Positions 1-7,490 of a stretch of DNA of 12,942 bases are shown one piece after another. The position numbers and the translations under genes were made by a program. The notes below the pieces were generated by a model, which was not told the DNA's origin, searched no databases, and saw only the letters and a program-made list of their open reading frames with translations. How positions within the stretch are numbered: the first letter of the stretch is position 1; each line of letters opens with the position of its first letter. The DNA is taken from positions 1-12,942 of the forward strand of contig JBHIAV010000064.1 in assembly GCA_046758745.1 (NCBI GenBank), given 5' to 3'. Source of the stretch: Gemmatimonadota bacterium. Its GTDB lineage: Bacteria; Gemmatimonadota; Gemmatimonadetes; Palauibacterales; Palauibacteraceae.

Positions 1-737
1 TGATCAAGCAGTCCGGCGTGCCGGTCCTGGTGATCGACGATCAGGCACATTCCGAGCATTACTTCGCGGACGTCGTCCTCAACCAGAATCTTCATGCTCA
101 CGAAGGATTGTACAGACGACGGGAAGCGTACACGCGACTCCTGCTCGGCACACGGTTCGTGCTGCTGCGGCGGGAGTTCTTGAAGTGGAGATCGTGGCGA
201 CGTAGGACCCCCGTGATCGCTCGAAGGATCTTGGTGACACTCGGGGGCGGGGCCCACGATGTCGTATTGCTTCAGCTACTCGAGGCGCTGGCGCCGGTGT
301 GCGTGAGTGGGCTGGAAGTGCTGATGGTGAGGGGTGGAGGCCACGATGGAATTCGCAAAGTCAGGGCTGCGGTCGAAGCGTCGGGGCTCCCGGTACGCCT
401 CGAACAAGACGTTTGGGATATGTCCCAACCGATGTCGTGGTGTGATGTCGCTGTATCGGCGGGCGGAAGCACCTGTTGGGAACTCTCGTTCATGGGCGTT
501 CCGATGGCTACGATCGTTCTCTCCGACAACCAGGCGGAGATCGCCGCGAGCCTCGAGAAGGCGGACGTGGGGATCAACCTGGGCGCGTACGACCAACTCT
601 CCGTCGACCGCCTCACAGGAACCCTGTCGGACCTTCTCATGGATGAGAGAAGACGCGCTCGGATGAGTCGGAACGGCAGGAACCTCGTGGACGGTCGCGG
701 AGCCGGTCGTGTCGCGGCGGCGCTGGCGTCCAGCTGA
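1..737 (+). CDS. pseG: UDP-2,4-diacetamido-2,4,6-trideoxy-beta-L-altropyranose hydrolase (PseG/SpsG family), 5'-partial
   Basis: Frame is open from position 3 (IKQSGVPVLVIDD...), so the true start lies upstream of the window. PseG-type motifs: VLVIDD, DVVLNQN, LLLGTRFVLLRREF, ILVTLGG, DVAVSAGGSTCWELSFMGVP, NQ and C-terminal VDGRGAGRVA. Two genes upstream of pseI. Confidence 0.85.
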   Translation, partial: IKQSGVPVLVIDDQAHSEHYFADVVLNQNLHAHEGLYRRREAYTRLLLGTRFVLLRREFLKWRSWRRRTPVIARRILVTLGGGAHDVVLLQLLEALAPVCVSGLEVLMVRGGGHDGIRKVRAAVEASGLPVRLEQDVWDMSQPMSWCDVAVSAGGSTCWELSFMGVPMATIVLSDNQAEIAASLEKADVGINLGAYDQLSVDRLTGTLSDLLMDERRRARMSRNGRNLVDGRGAGRVAAALASS

Positions 738-763
738 ACCAACCAGATCACTCGGACGCAAGC

Positions 764-1534
764 ATGCGGATCCTGCTTCTCGCGAACAACTGGGTCGGGT
801 GGCAGATCGCCCGGTGTCTGCGGCGAGCCGAGGAGGAGGTGGTGGGCGTGGTTGTGCACCCCCCAGATCGAAGCAAGTTCCGAAGGGAGATCCTGCGGGA
901 GTGCGACGTGGATCCGGACCGCGTGTTCGACGGCTCTGCATTGAGACGACCGGAGGTGATCGAGTCTATAACGGCCATTCACCCCCAGGTAGGAATATCG
1001 GCTCTCTTCGGCTATCTACTCCGTGAGGAATTCCTTGAGGCGACTGCCTGCGGCTTCATCAACATCCACCTCGGATTACTCCCCTACAATCGCGGCGCCT
1101 TTCCGAACGTGTGGAGCATAATCGACGGTACGCCGGCGGGGGTGACGATCCACGACGTCGACGCAGAAATCGACACCGGCGCCATAATCAGCCAGAGAGA
1201 GGTGCCGGTGCAGCCTGTCGATACGGGCGAAACGCTCTACCGAAAGCTGGAGAGGGCGGCCGTGGCGCTGTTCGAGGAGAGCTGGCCGCTCATTCGTTCC
1301 GGGGAAGCGCCACGAGTGCCGCAGGACCGCGACGAGGGCACCCGTCACCGCGTTCGCGACGTGGACTGTGTCGATGAGATCGACCTCGATCGATGCTACC
1401 GCGCCGGAGATCTCATCGACGTGATCCGCGCTCGGACCTTTTCCCCGTACGGAGGAGCGTATTTCGGTCACCGTGGACGCAAGGTCTACGTGCGAATGGA
1501 ACTCGCCTACGAGGACGAGCTTCAGGCCGAATGA
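764..1534 (+). CDS. Sugar-nucleotide N-formyltransferase (Fmt/PurN fold, N10-formyl-THF dependent), 256 aa
   Basis: Motifs FGYLL, FINIHLGLLPYNRGAFPNVWSIIDG and AGVTIHDVDAEIDTGAIISQ. The catalytic Asn (1061), His (1067) and Asp (1172) are present. The short C-terminus (IRARTFSPYGGAYF...KVYVRMEL) resembles 4-amino-4,6-dideoxyhexose formyltransferases rather than Met-tRNA formyltransferase. Confidence 0.85.
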   Translation: MRILLLANNWVGWQIARCLRRAEEEVVGVVVHPPDRSKFRREILRECDVDPDRVFDGSALRRPEVIESITAIHPQVGISALFGYLLREEFLEATACGFINIHLGLLPYNRGAFPNVWSIIDGTPAGVTIHDVDAEIDTGAIISQREVPVQPVDTGETLYRKLERAAVALFEESWPLIRSGEAPRVPQDRDEGTRHRVRDVDCVDEIDLDRCYRAGDLIDVIRARTFSPYGGAYFGHRGRKVYVRMELAYEDELQAE

Positions 1535-1624
1535 CCCAGATGGCGACCGGCCGTGTGGGAAGGGCGAGACAAGGGCCGCCTGCGACGCGCAGGTAGGTAG
1601 CTGCGGGGAGCACGACGGGCGGCG

Positions 1625-2695
1625 ATGGCCGAACAGCGCTCTGGCGGGATCCGGGTCGATGGACGTCGTGTCGGAGGCGGCGCACCCACATTGTTGGTCG
1701 CGGAACTCTCCGGCAACCACAACGGTGACCTCGAGCGCGCGGTAGACACGATCCACGCGGCTGCCGAGGCGGGTGCGGACGCAATCAAGCTACAGACCTA
1801 TACGGCCGACACACTGACAATCGATTCGGACCGCGCAGAGTTTCTTGTTCCCGGTCGTGGCCCCTGGGGAGGTCGAACGCTCCACGACCTTTACACACAG
1901 GCGCAAACACCATGGGAGTGGCATCCCCGGCTGTTCGGAGAGGCGAGGCGTGTGGGCATCATGATCTTTTCCACGCCCTTCGATGAGACGGCGGTCGAGC
2001 TCTTGGAAGAGCTGGAGGTGCCCGCCTACAAGATTGCATCGTTCGAGCTGGTCGACGACGAGCTGCTCCGCTGTGTTGCGGTACGAGGCAAACCGGTGAT
2101 CCTGTCGCTCGGGATGGCCACGCTCGCGGAGATCAGCCACGCCCTCGAAGTCCTGCGCGAGGGCGGCGGCGATCGACTGGTGCTGCTACAGTGCACGAGC
2201 AGCTATCCGGCGCCGGACGAGGAGATGCATCTCTCCACGATCCCTTTTCTGGCCGAGTTTACGGGCTGCCCCGTGGGCCTCTCCGATCACACGCTCGGTT
2301 CGGTCGCTCCGGTGGTCGCCGTCGCCCTGGGCGCGTGCCTCATCGAGAAGCACTTCACGCTCTCCCGCGACGGCGGCGGCGTCGACAGTCACTTCTCTCT
2401 CGAGCCGGAGGAGTTCCGGCGGATGGTGACCGAAGTCCGGCGCGCTGAGGCCGCACTCGGTCGACCGACGTTCGGCCCGGGTCGGGCGGAGATGGAGAGC
2501 ATCGTATTCAGGAGATCGCTGTTCGTCGTGGAGGATGTCCGGGAGGGCGAGCCGCTTACGCGTGAGAACGTGCGCTCGATCCGACCGGGATACGGCCTGC
2601 CACCCCGCTACCTCGACGTTGTCCTCGGCGCGCGCGCGCGACGCGGGATCGAGCGGGGAACCCCCCTCACCTGGGATCTCATGTTGCGTGATTGA
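1625..2695 (+). CDS. pseI: Pseudaminic acid synthase (NeuB family) with C-terminal SAF/antifreeze-like domain, 356 aa
   Basis: AELSGNHNGDLERA, ADAIKLQTYTADTLTID, TPWEWH, FSTPFD, YKIASFE, QCTSSYPA, GLSDHTLG, IEKHFTLSR, GGVDSHFSLEP and SAF motif RRSLFVVEDV...IRPGYGLPP. ELSGNHN, QTYTADT and TPWEWH are typical of the PseI clade. Confidence 0.93.
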   Translation: MAEQRSGGIRVDGRRVGGGAPTLLVAELSGNHNGDLERAVDTIHAAAEAGADAIKLQTYTADTLTIDSDRAEFLVPGRGPWGGRTLHDLYTQAQTPWEWHPRLFGEARRVGIMIFSTPFDETAVELLEELEVPAYKIASFELVDDELLRCVAVRGKPVILSLGMATLAEISHALEVLREGGGDRLVLLQCTSSYPAPDEEMHLSTIPFLAEFTGCPVGLSDHTLGSVAPVVAVALGACLIEKHFTLSRDGGGVDSHFSLEPEEFRRMVTEVRRAEAALGRPTFGPGRAEMESIVFRRSLFVVEDVREGEPLTRENVRSIRPGYGLPPRYLDVVLGARARRGIERGTPLTWDLMLRD

Positions 2696-3599
2696 TCGTG
2701 CTGAAGCGCGGACCGTGCCCGAAAGATGCGGGCTGTTCCAGCGAGCGGTACTCGGCACAGCGCAGCTCGGGCTTGCCTATGGGTCTCGGGCGGGATCGGA
2801 GATCCTGCCGGAGACGAAGGCCGAGGCCGTGCTCGAGGCCGCCTGGGAGCTCGGCATCCGTGCGTTCGACACCGCCGAAGCGTACGGACCGGCCGCCGAA
2901 CGTCTTGCGGGCTGGCTCGGGAGGAACGGCCGACTCGCCCGGGCCGAGGTCGTGACGAAGGTCGAGGCCGACGTAACCGGTAGTCTGCCTGGTCTGGTGG
3001 AGATCGCGGTGGGCCGGTTCACTGGCACGCGGCAGGTAACGGTACTCTCGCACGGCGCCGTAGGCGAGTCGGAATGGGCCGTATTGGTGGAGGCGTGCGA
3101 ATCACTGGCCTGCGAGGTGGGGCAGAGCGTGTACACGGCAGCCGAAGCGACAGCCGCTACAGCACTTCCCGGTGTGCGGCGCTTGCAGCTACCGGCAAAT
3201 GCGTTCGACCTTGAGGTGTTGCGCGCAGGAAGTGCCGGTGGCGTCCCGCTCGACGTCCGCTCCGTGTTTCTTCAGGGACTCCTCCTGGTCGACCCGATCA
3301 CGGCGGAGGAGCGGGTCGCCGGTTCCGGGATCTTGAGCCACGCCGTTCGCCGGGCGGCCCGTGCCGCGAGCGGCAACCCGGCCTCGCTCCTCATCGCAAC
3401 GATCTTCGGAGAGCTGGGCTCCTACGACCGGATCGTCATCGGTGCGGAGGATCCGGAGCAGGTGCACATGTGGCGAGGCGCGGCGTCGTGCACCCCGGAG
3501 CAGATCCGTCGCTTCCGAGCGACCCTGGCCTCGGAGACATGGACCGTCTCCGACCGGCGGATTCTCGATCCACGAGCGTGGGAGGAGCCGGCCTGGTGA
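2688..3599 (+). CDS. Aldo/keto reductase (glycan-locus-associated subfamily), about 303 aa
   Basis: LGTAQLGLAYG, GIRAFDTAEAYG (Asp, Tyr), VVTKV (Lys), VLSHG (His), GQSVY, QLPANAFD, VRSVFLQGLLL. Start placed at GTG 2688, overlapping the pseI stop (alternative GTG 2715). The track start of 2535 lies inside pseI. Confidence 0.82.
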   Translation: MIDRAEARTVPERCGLFQRAVLGTAQLGLAYGSRAGSEILPETKAEAVLEAAWELGIRAFDTAEAYGPAAERLAGWLGRNGRLARAEVVTKVEADVTGSLPGLVEIAVGRFTGTRQVTVLSHGAVGESEWAVLVEACESLACEVGQSVYTAAEATAATALPGVRRLQLPANAFDLEVLRAGSAGGVPLDVRSVFLQGLLLVDPITAEERVAGSGILSHAVRRAARAASGNPASLLIATIFGELGSYDRIVIGAEDPEQVHMWRGAASCTPEQIRRFRATLASETWTVSDRRILDPRAWEEPAW

Positions 3600-3701
3600 G
3601 ATCGGAAGAACGCGGGTCGCGCGACCCCGGTCGCCGAGCCGGCGGCGGGGATTCTCGATCGCTCGTTCCCAGCCGTCTCCCTGACGAGATCCGAAGCTAG
3701 G

Positions 3702-4952
3702 ATGGCGGCGTCGCAGGTGCGGCGCAGTCCGCGAAGCGAAGCATCGATGTGCTCGGAACAAGCCGCGACCGAGAGGGGCCCGGTCCCTCTCCCCGTCTCC
3801 CGTCTGATCCGCTGTCCGCGTTGCGGACTCCCCGAGACGTACGAGACGATCGAGTTCCAGGACCAGGGGATCTGCAATGTCTGCCGGCAGAAGGAGTACA
3901 GAGACGAGGAGATCGACTGGGAGGAGCGGAAGCGAGAGCTCGAGGCGCTCGTGGAGGAGCATCGGGGGAAGTACGAATACGACTGCATCATTCCTTTCTC
4001 CGGAGGGAAGGATACGACCTTCACTCTCCTCTACATGGTCGAGGAGTACGGCGTAAAGCCCCTCGTAGTGCAGTTCGATCATGGCTTTATGCGCCCGAAC
4101 CTGCGAGAGAACAACGAGCGCACCTTTCGAAAGCTCGGCGTCGAAGTGCTCAGCTTTCGTCCGAACTGGAAACTCGTCAAGCGCGTCATGCTAGAGTCGC
4201 TGATCCGGAAGGGCGACTTCTGCTGGCACTGTCACACGGGGATCTTCGCCTACCCCATGCACGTCGCCATCAAGTACAACACGCCACTCATTATCTGGGG
4301 CGAGCCGTCATCCGAATACACGGCGTACTATGACTACCGGGACGACGAGGTCGAGCAAGTCGATGAAACCCGCTTCAACCGGTACGTCAACCTCGGGATC
4401 ACCGCCGAGGACATCGCCGGAATGATCCGCTCGGACTTCGACCTCGATCCCCGGGACCTGGCGCCGTTCACCTATCCGAGCCCCCGCGAGCTCCGGCGCC
4501 TCAAAGTCCGCTCGATTTGCCTCGGGTCGTACATCCCGTGGGACATCAGGAAGAACGTCGAGCGCATCCAGGCGGAGTTACGCTGGCAGGGCGACGAGGT
4601 GGAGAACATGCCCTTCTCGCACTACTCCTACGAGAAGATCGAGTGCTGGATGCAAGGCGTCCGCGACTACATCAAGTACCTGAAGCGGGGATACAGCCGT
4701 GTCACCCAGATGACGGCGCTCGATCTGCGAAACGGGCGGATTAGCAAGGATGAGGCCGAACGGCTCATCGCCCGCTACGAGGGGAAGCGCCCTCCCTCTC
4801 TGGACATCTTCCTCGAGTATGTGGGACTCACCGAGGACGAGTTCAACGAGACCGTCCTCAACACCGTCGTACCGCCCTTCGAGCCGACTCTCGACGCGAT
4901 CGAGCCCGGCGAGAAGACCTGGGACTTCGAGCAGTGGTACAGGGAGGAATGA
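3702..4952 (+). CDS. N-acetyl sugar amidotransferase, PP-loop ATPase (WbuX/WbpG/PseA-like)
   Basis: N-terminal CPRC and CNVC, YDCIIPFSGGKDTT PP-loop, GDFCWHCH, IIWGE, KIEC, DYIKYLKRGYSR. Directly followed by hisH- and hisF-like genes. Start is ATG 3702 or ATG 3747. Confidence 0.9.
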   Translation: MAASQVRRSPRSEASMCSEQAATERGPVPLPVSRLIRCPRCGLPETYETIEFQDQGICNVCRQKEYRDEEIDWEERKRELEALVEEHRGKYEYDCIIPFSGGKDTTFTLLYMVEEYGVKPLVVQFDHGFMRPNLRENNERTFRKLGVEVLSFRPNWKLVKRVMLESLIRKGDFCWHCHTGIFAYPMHVAIKYNTPLIIWGEPSSEYTAYYDYRDDEVEQVDETRFNRYVNLGITAEDIAGMIRSDFDLDPRDLAPFTYPSPRELRRLKVRSICLGSYIPWDIRKNVERIQAELRWQGDEVENMPFSHYSYEKIECWMQGVRDYIKYLKRGYSRVTQMTALDLRNGRISKDEAERLIARYEGKRPPSLDIFLEYVGLTEDEFNETVLNTVVPPFEPTLDAIEPGEKTWDFEQWYREE

Positions 4953-5581
4953 AGAGCGGGCCGCGGATCGGGATCCTCAATCTCGAGATGGGCAACCTCC
5001 GGTCGGTGTGGAACGCCGTGTACTCGCTGGGCTACGATCCGTGCTTTGTGGAGGGGGTGCCGGATCTCGATGGGCTTACCCACCTCATCGTCCCGGGAGT
5101 CGGCGCCTTCCACACGGCCGTGAATCGACTCCGTGAGCGCTGTCTCGCAGGCGGCGTGTGCGATTTTTCTGCTTCTGGCCGCCCGCTCCTCGGTCTCTGC
5201 CTCGGTATGCAGCTCCTCTCGTCGTCGGGCGACGAGGGGGGAGGAGCGGATGGGCTGGGGCTCATTCCCGGATGTGTCGAGCGACTCGACGACGCCGTGG
5301 TTCCGACTGTTCCCCACGTTGGGTGGAATTCGGTAGACATCGTGCGGGACCATCCCGTTCTCGCCGGTGTGAAGAGCGGGGTGGACTTCTACTTCGTCCA
5401 CTCCTTCCGCTTGGTCCCTGACGACACGCACCACATCGTAGCTACAACCACCTATGGGGAGCGGTTCGCGTCGGTGATCAGGCGCGACAACGTCGTGGGA
5501 TTTCAGTTCCACCCTGAGAAGAGCCAGGCGAACGGCCTGAAGCTGCTGGCAAACTTCTGCGAGTGGGACGGGATGTGCTGA
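4949..5581 (+). CDS. hisH: Class I glutamine amidotransferase, HisH-like paralogue (WbuY-type), 210 aa
   Basis: MGNLRSV, LIVPGVGAF, LLGLCLGMQLL (catalytic Cys), VPHVGWN, FYFVHSF, GFQFHPEKS (His, Glu). ATG 4949 overlaps the upstream stop (ATGA). Context indicates a glycan-modification paralogue, not histidine biosynthesis. Confidence 0.92.
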   Translation: MKSGPRIGILNLEMGNLRSVWNAVYSLGYDPCFVEGVPDLDGLTHLIVPGVGAFHTAVNRLRERCLAGGVCDFSASGRPLLGLCLGMQLLSSSGDEGGGADGLGLIPGCVERLDDAVVPTVPHVGWNSVDIVRDHPVLAGVKSGVDFYFVHSFRLVPDDTHHIVATTTYGERFASVIRRDNVVGFQFHPEKSQANGLKLLANFCEWDGMC

Positions 5582-6333
5582 AGAAGCGGATCATCCCTAT
5601 TCAGCTTCTCATCGACGGCCGGCTGACGAAAACCGTGCGGTTCGGGTCCAGAAGGGACGTCGGCGACCCCGTGGCGAGCTCGAAGGTCTACAGCGCCCAG
5701 AACGCCGATGAGCTCGTCTTCCTCAACATCAGCCGATCCGAGCGCACTATCGAAGCGATGTTTGAGCTCCTCGAGCGTGTGTCGGAGGTCTGCTTCATGC
5801 CGCTGTCGCTGGGGGGCGGTATCCGGAGCGCCAGAGACGCTGCCCGTTTGATCCGGCACGGAGCGGACAAGGTCGTGATCAACTCCACGGCATACCGCGA
5901 TCACTGCGTGGTGCGGGAGGTCGTCGACGAGTTCGGTTCGCAGGCGGTGGTGGTGAGCATCGATGTTCGCAGGGAGAATGGAGCGTACGTCCCGTACTCA
6001 GACTGTGGTCGGCGAAGAGAGCCGGTGAGCCTCGACGACCACGTCCGCACTGCCCTGGAGCAGGGCGCCGGCGAGATCCTCATCAACTCGATCGACAGAG
6101 ACGGAACCATGGACGGGTACGACCTCGTCCTCCTGAGACGCGTCGCCGACCGGTCGACCATCCCGGTGATCGGCTGCGGTGGAGCCGGCCACTACAACCA
6201 CTTGAAGGAAGCCTTCCTGGAGACCAATGTGAGCGCTCTCGCCTGCGGGAGTCTCTTCAACTTCGGCGACAACAACCCGATTCGGGCGAAGGCCTTCCTC
6301 TCCAACTACGGAATCCCCTTCAAGGTGATCTGA
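5575..6333 (+). CDS. hisF: HisF-like cyclase paralogue (WbuZ/AglZ-type ammonia-channelling subunit), 252 aa
   Basis: GTG 5575 gives MLKKRIIP. Motifs GDPV, ADELVFL, CFMPLSLGGGIRS, GADKVVINS, FGSQAVVVSIDV, GAGEILINSIDRDGTMDGYD, IPVIGCGGAG. The position of catalytic Asp11 is Leu. Confidence 0.9.
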   Translation: MLKKRIIPIQLLIDGRLTKTVRFGSRRDVGDPVASSKVYSAQNADELVFLNISRSERTIEAMFELLERVSEVCFMPLSLGGGIRSARDAARLIRHGADKVVINSTAYRDHCVVREVVDEFGSQAVVVSIDVRRENGAYVPYSDCGRRREPVSLDDHVRTALEQGAGEILINSIDRDGTMDGYDLVLLRRVADRSTIPVIGCGGAGHYNHLKEAFLETNVSALACGSLFNFGDNNPIRAKAFLSNYGIPFKVI

Positions 6334-6394
6334 ATGTGGCGCGGAAAGCGCGCGACGGTGCCTACCGGGGGGCCCGTCCCCTGTTGGGCCGGAG

Positions 6395-6410
6395 CATCGA
6401 TGCATCGATG
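6395..6410. repeat. Tandem duplication of the 8-bp palindrome CATCGATG, containing the probable start codon at 6408
   Basis: Read directly: ggag-CATCGATG-CATCGATG-agg. Confidence 0.7.
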
Positions 6411-7490
6411 AGGTTCAACCGCATAGACAGGATCATCCTCTTCGGCGGAGCTCCGCTCCTCGCCCGGTCTGCGGAGGCGCTGGCCGACGACGGGTACGAG
6501 CTGTTCGTCTTCACCTCCCCCCGCCACGCGCACGAGGCGGTGACCCCCGACGGCCGCCGGCTGGAGGAGGTCCTCGCTTCCCTGGGGACCCCGTACTGGG
6601 TCACGGACGACATCAATGGGGAGAAGGCGCTTCCGGGGCTGATCAGCAGCAGCACGCTCGGCCTGGGAATGGGAGAGGCGTGGAGCTTCGGCCGGGAGCT
6701 CATCGACGCCTTCGAGGGACAGCTTGTGGACGTCATGGGCATCCCGCTCCCGCGATACCGGGGAGGGGCCCACTATAGCTGGATGATCCTCGCGGGCGAG
6801 CGCCGAATGGCCTGCAACATCCAGTTGATCAACGAGGAGATGGCCCAGGCGTTTCACGACTCCGCTGCGATCGTCCACCGCAGGGAGTACGAGCTCGGAC
6901 CGGGGGTCCGGGTGCCTCAGGACTACTTCGACGCGGCCGTTCCGGCGGAGCTGGAGTTCATCCGGGAGTTCCTCGCCCTCATCGAGGAGGGGTGGGAGTT
7001 CGAGCTTCGCTTTTTGGACGAGCGGCAATCGCTCCTCTTCCCGAGGCTGAAGACGGCGATCCACGGATGGATCGACTGGTCGTGGTCGGGGGAGCTGATC
7101 GAGCGCTTCATCTGCGCGTTCGACCGACCGTACCCCGGAGCCGGAACCTTTCTGAGTGACAGGGCGGTGCGGCTCCGCGAAGCCCGGCTCGTGAATGGTG
7201 AACGGCTCCATCCGTTCCAGTCGGGACTGGTCGTTCGGGTGAACGAGGACGAGGGAGTCGTCGTCGCGACGACGTCGGGCCTGCTCGCCATCCGTGACGT
7301 CCGGAGCGAGGAGGGGGAGGGAACCCCCGCGATCGTGCACGGGATGCGCTTCACCACGCCGCGGGAGGTGCTGGAAAGGGCTCTCCGAGAAGACGTCCGG
7401 TACGCATCGACCGGGGTGGTCCCGGCCGCATTCTCCTCGAACAACGGGAGCGGGCAGGACGCCAGAGATCGCACAGCGGCAGGCGGATGA
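6408..7490 (+). CDS. Formyltransferase-fold protein (N- and C-terminal Fmt domains) with non-canonical active site, about 360 aa
   Basis: RIILFGG start, LPRYRGGAHYSWMILAG, HDSAAIV, and the Fmt C-terminal signature GWIDWSW...IERFICAFDRPYPGAGTFL...GLLAIRDV. Start is ATG 6408 (preferred) or GTG 6336. Confidence 0.75.
   Translation: MRFNRIDRIILFGGAPLLARSAEALADDGYELFVFTSPRHAHEAVTPDGRRLEEVLASLGTPYWVTDDINGEKALPGLISSSTLGLGMGEAWSFGRELIDAFEGQLVDVMGIPLPRYRGGAHYSWMILAGERRMACNIQLINEEMAQAFHDSAAIVHRREYELGPGVRVPQDYFDAAVPAELEFIREFLALIEEGWEFELRFLDERQSLLFPRLKTAIHGWIDWSWSGELIERFICAFDRPYPGAGTFLSDRAVRLREARLVNGERLHPFQSGLVVRVNEDEGVVVATTSGLLAIRDVRSEEGEGTPAIVHGMRFTTPREVLERALREDVRYASTGVVPAAFSSNNGSGQDARDRTAAGG

Noticed and set aside
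764-1534. Housekeeping methionyl-tRNA formyltransferase (fmt)
   Set aside because: Too short, lacks the full tRNA-binding C-terminal domain, has no adjacent def gene and sits in a sugar pathway.
2628-2640. (CG)6 dinucleotide run in pseI as a contingency repeat
   Set aside because: Short, in frame, encodes ordinary Gly-Ala-Arg-Ala-Arg in the SAF domain, and is unremarkable at this GC content.
4949-6333. Histidine biosynthesis operon
   Set aside because: No other his genes are present, HisF lacks Asp11, and the pair is coupled to a sugar amidotransferase.
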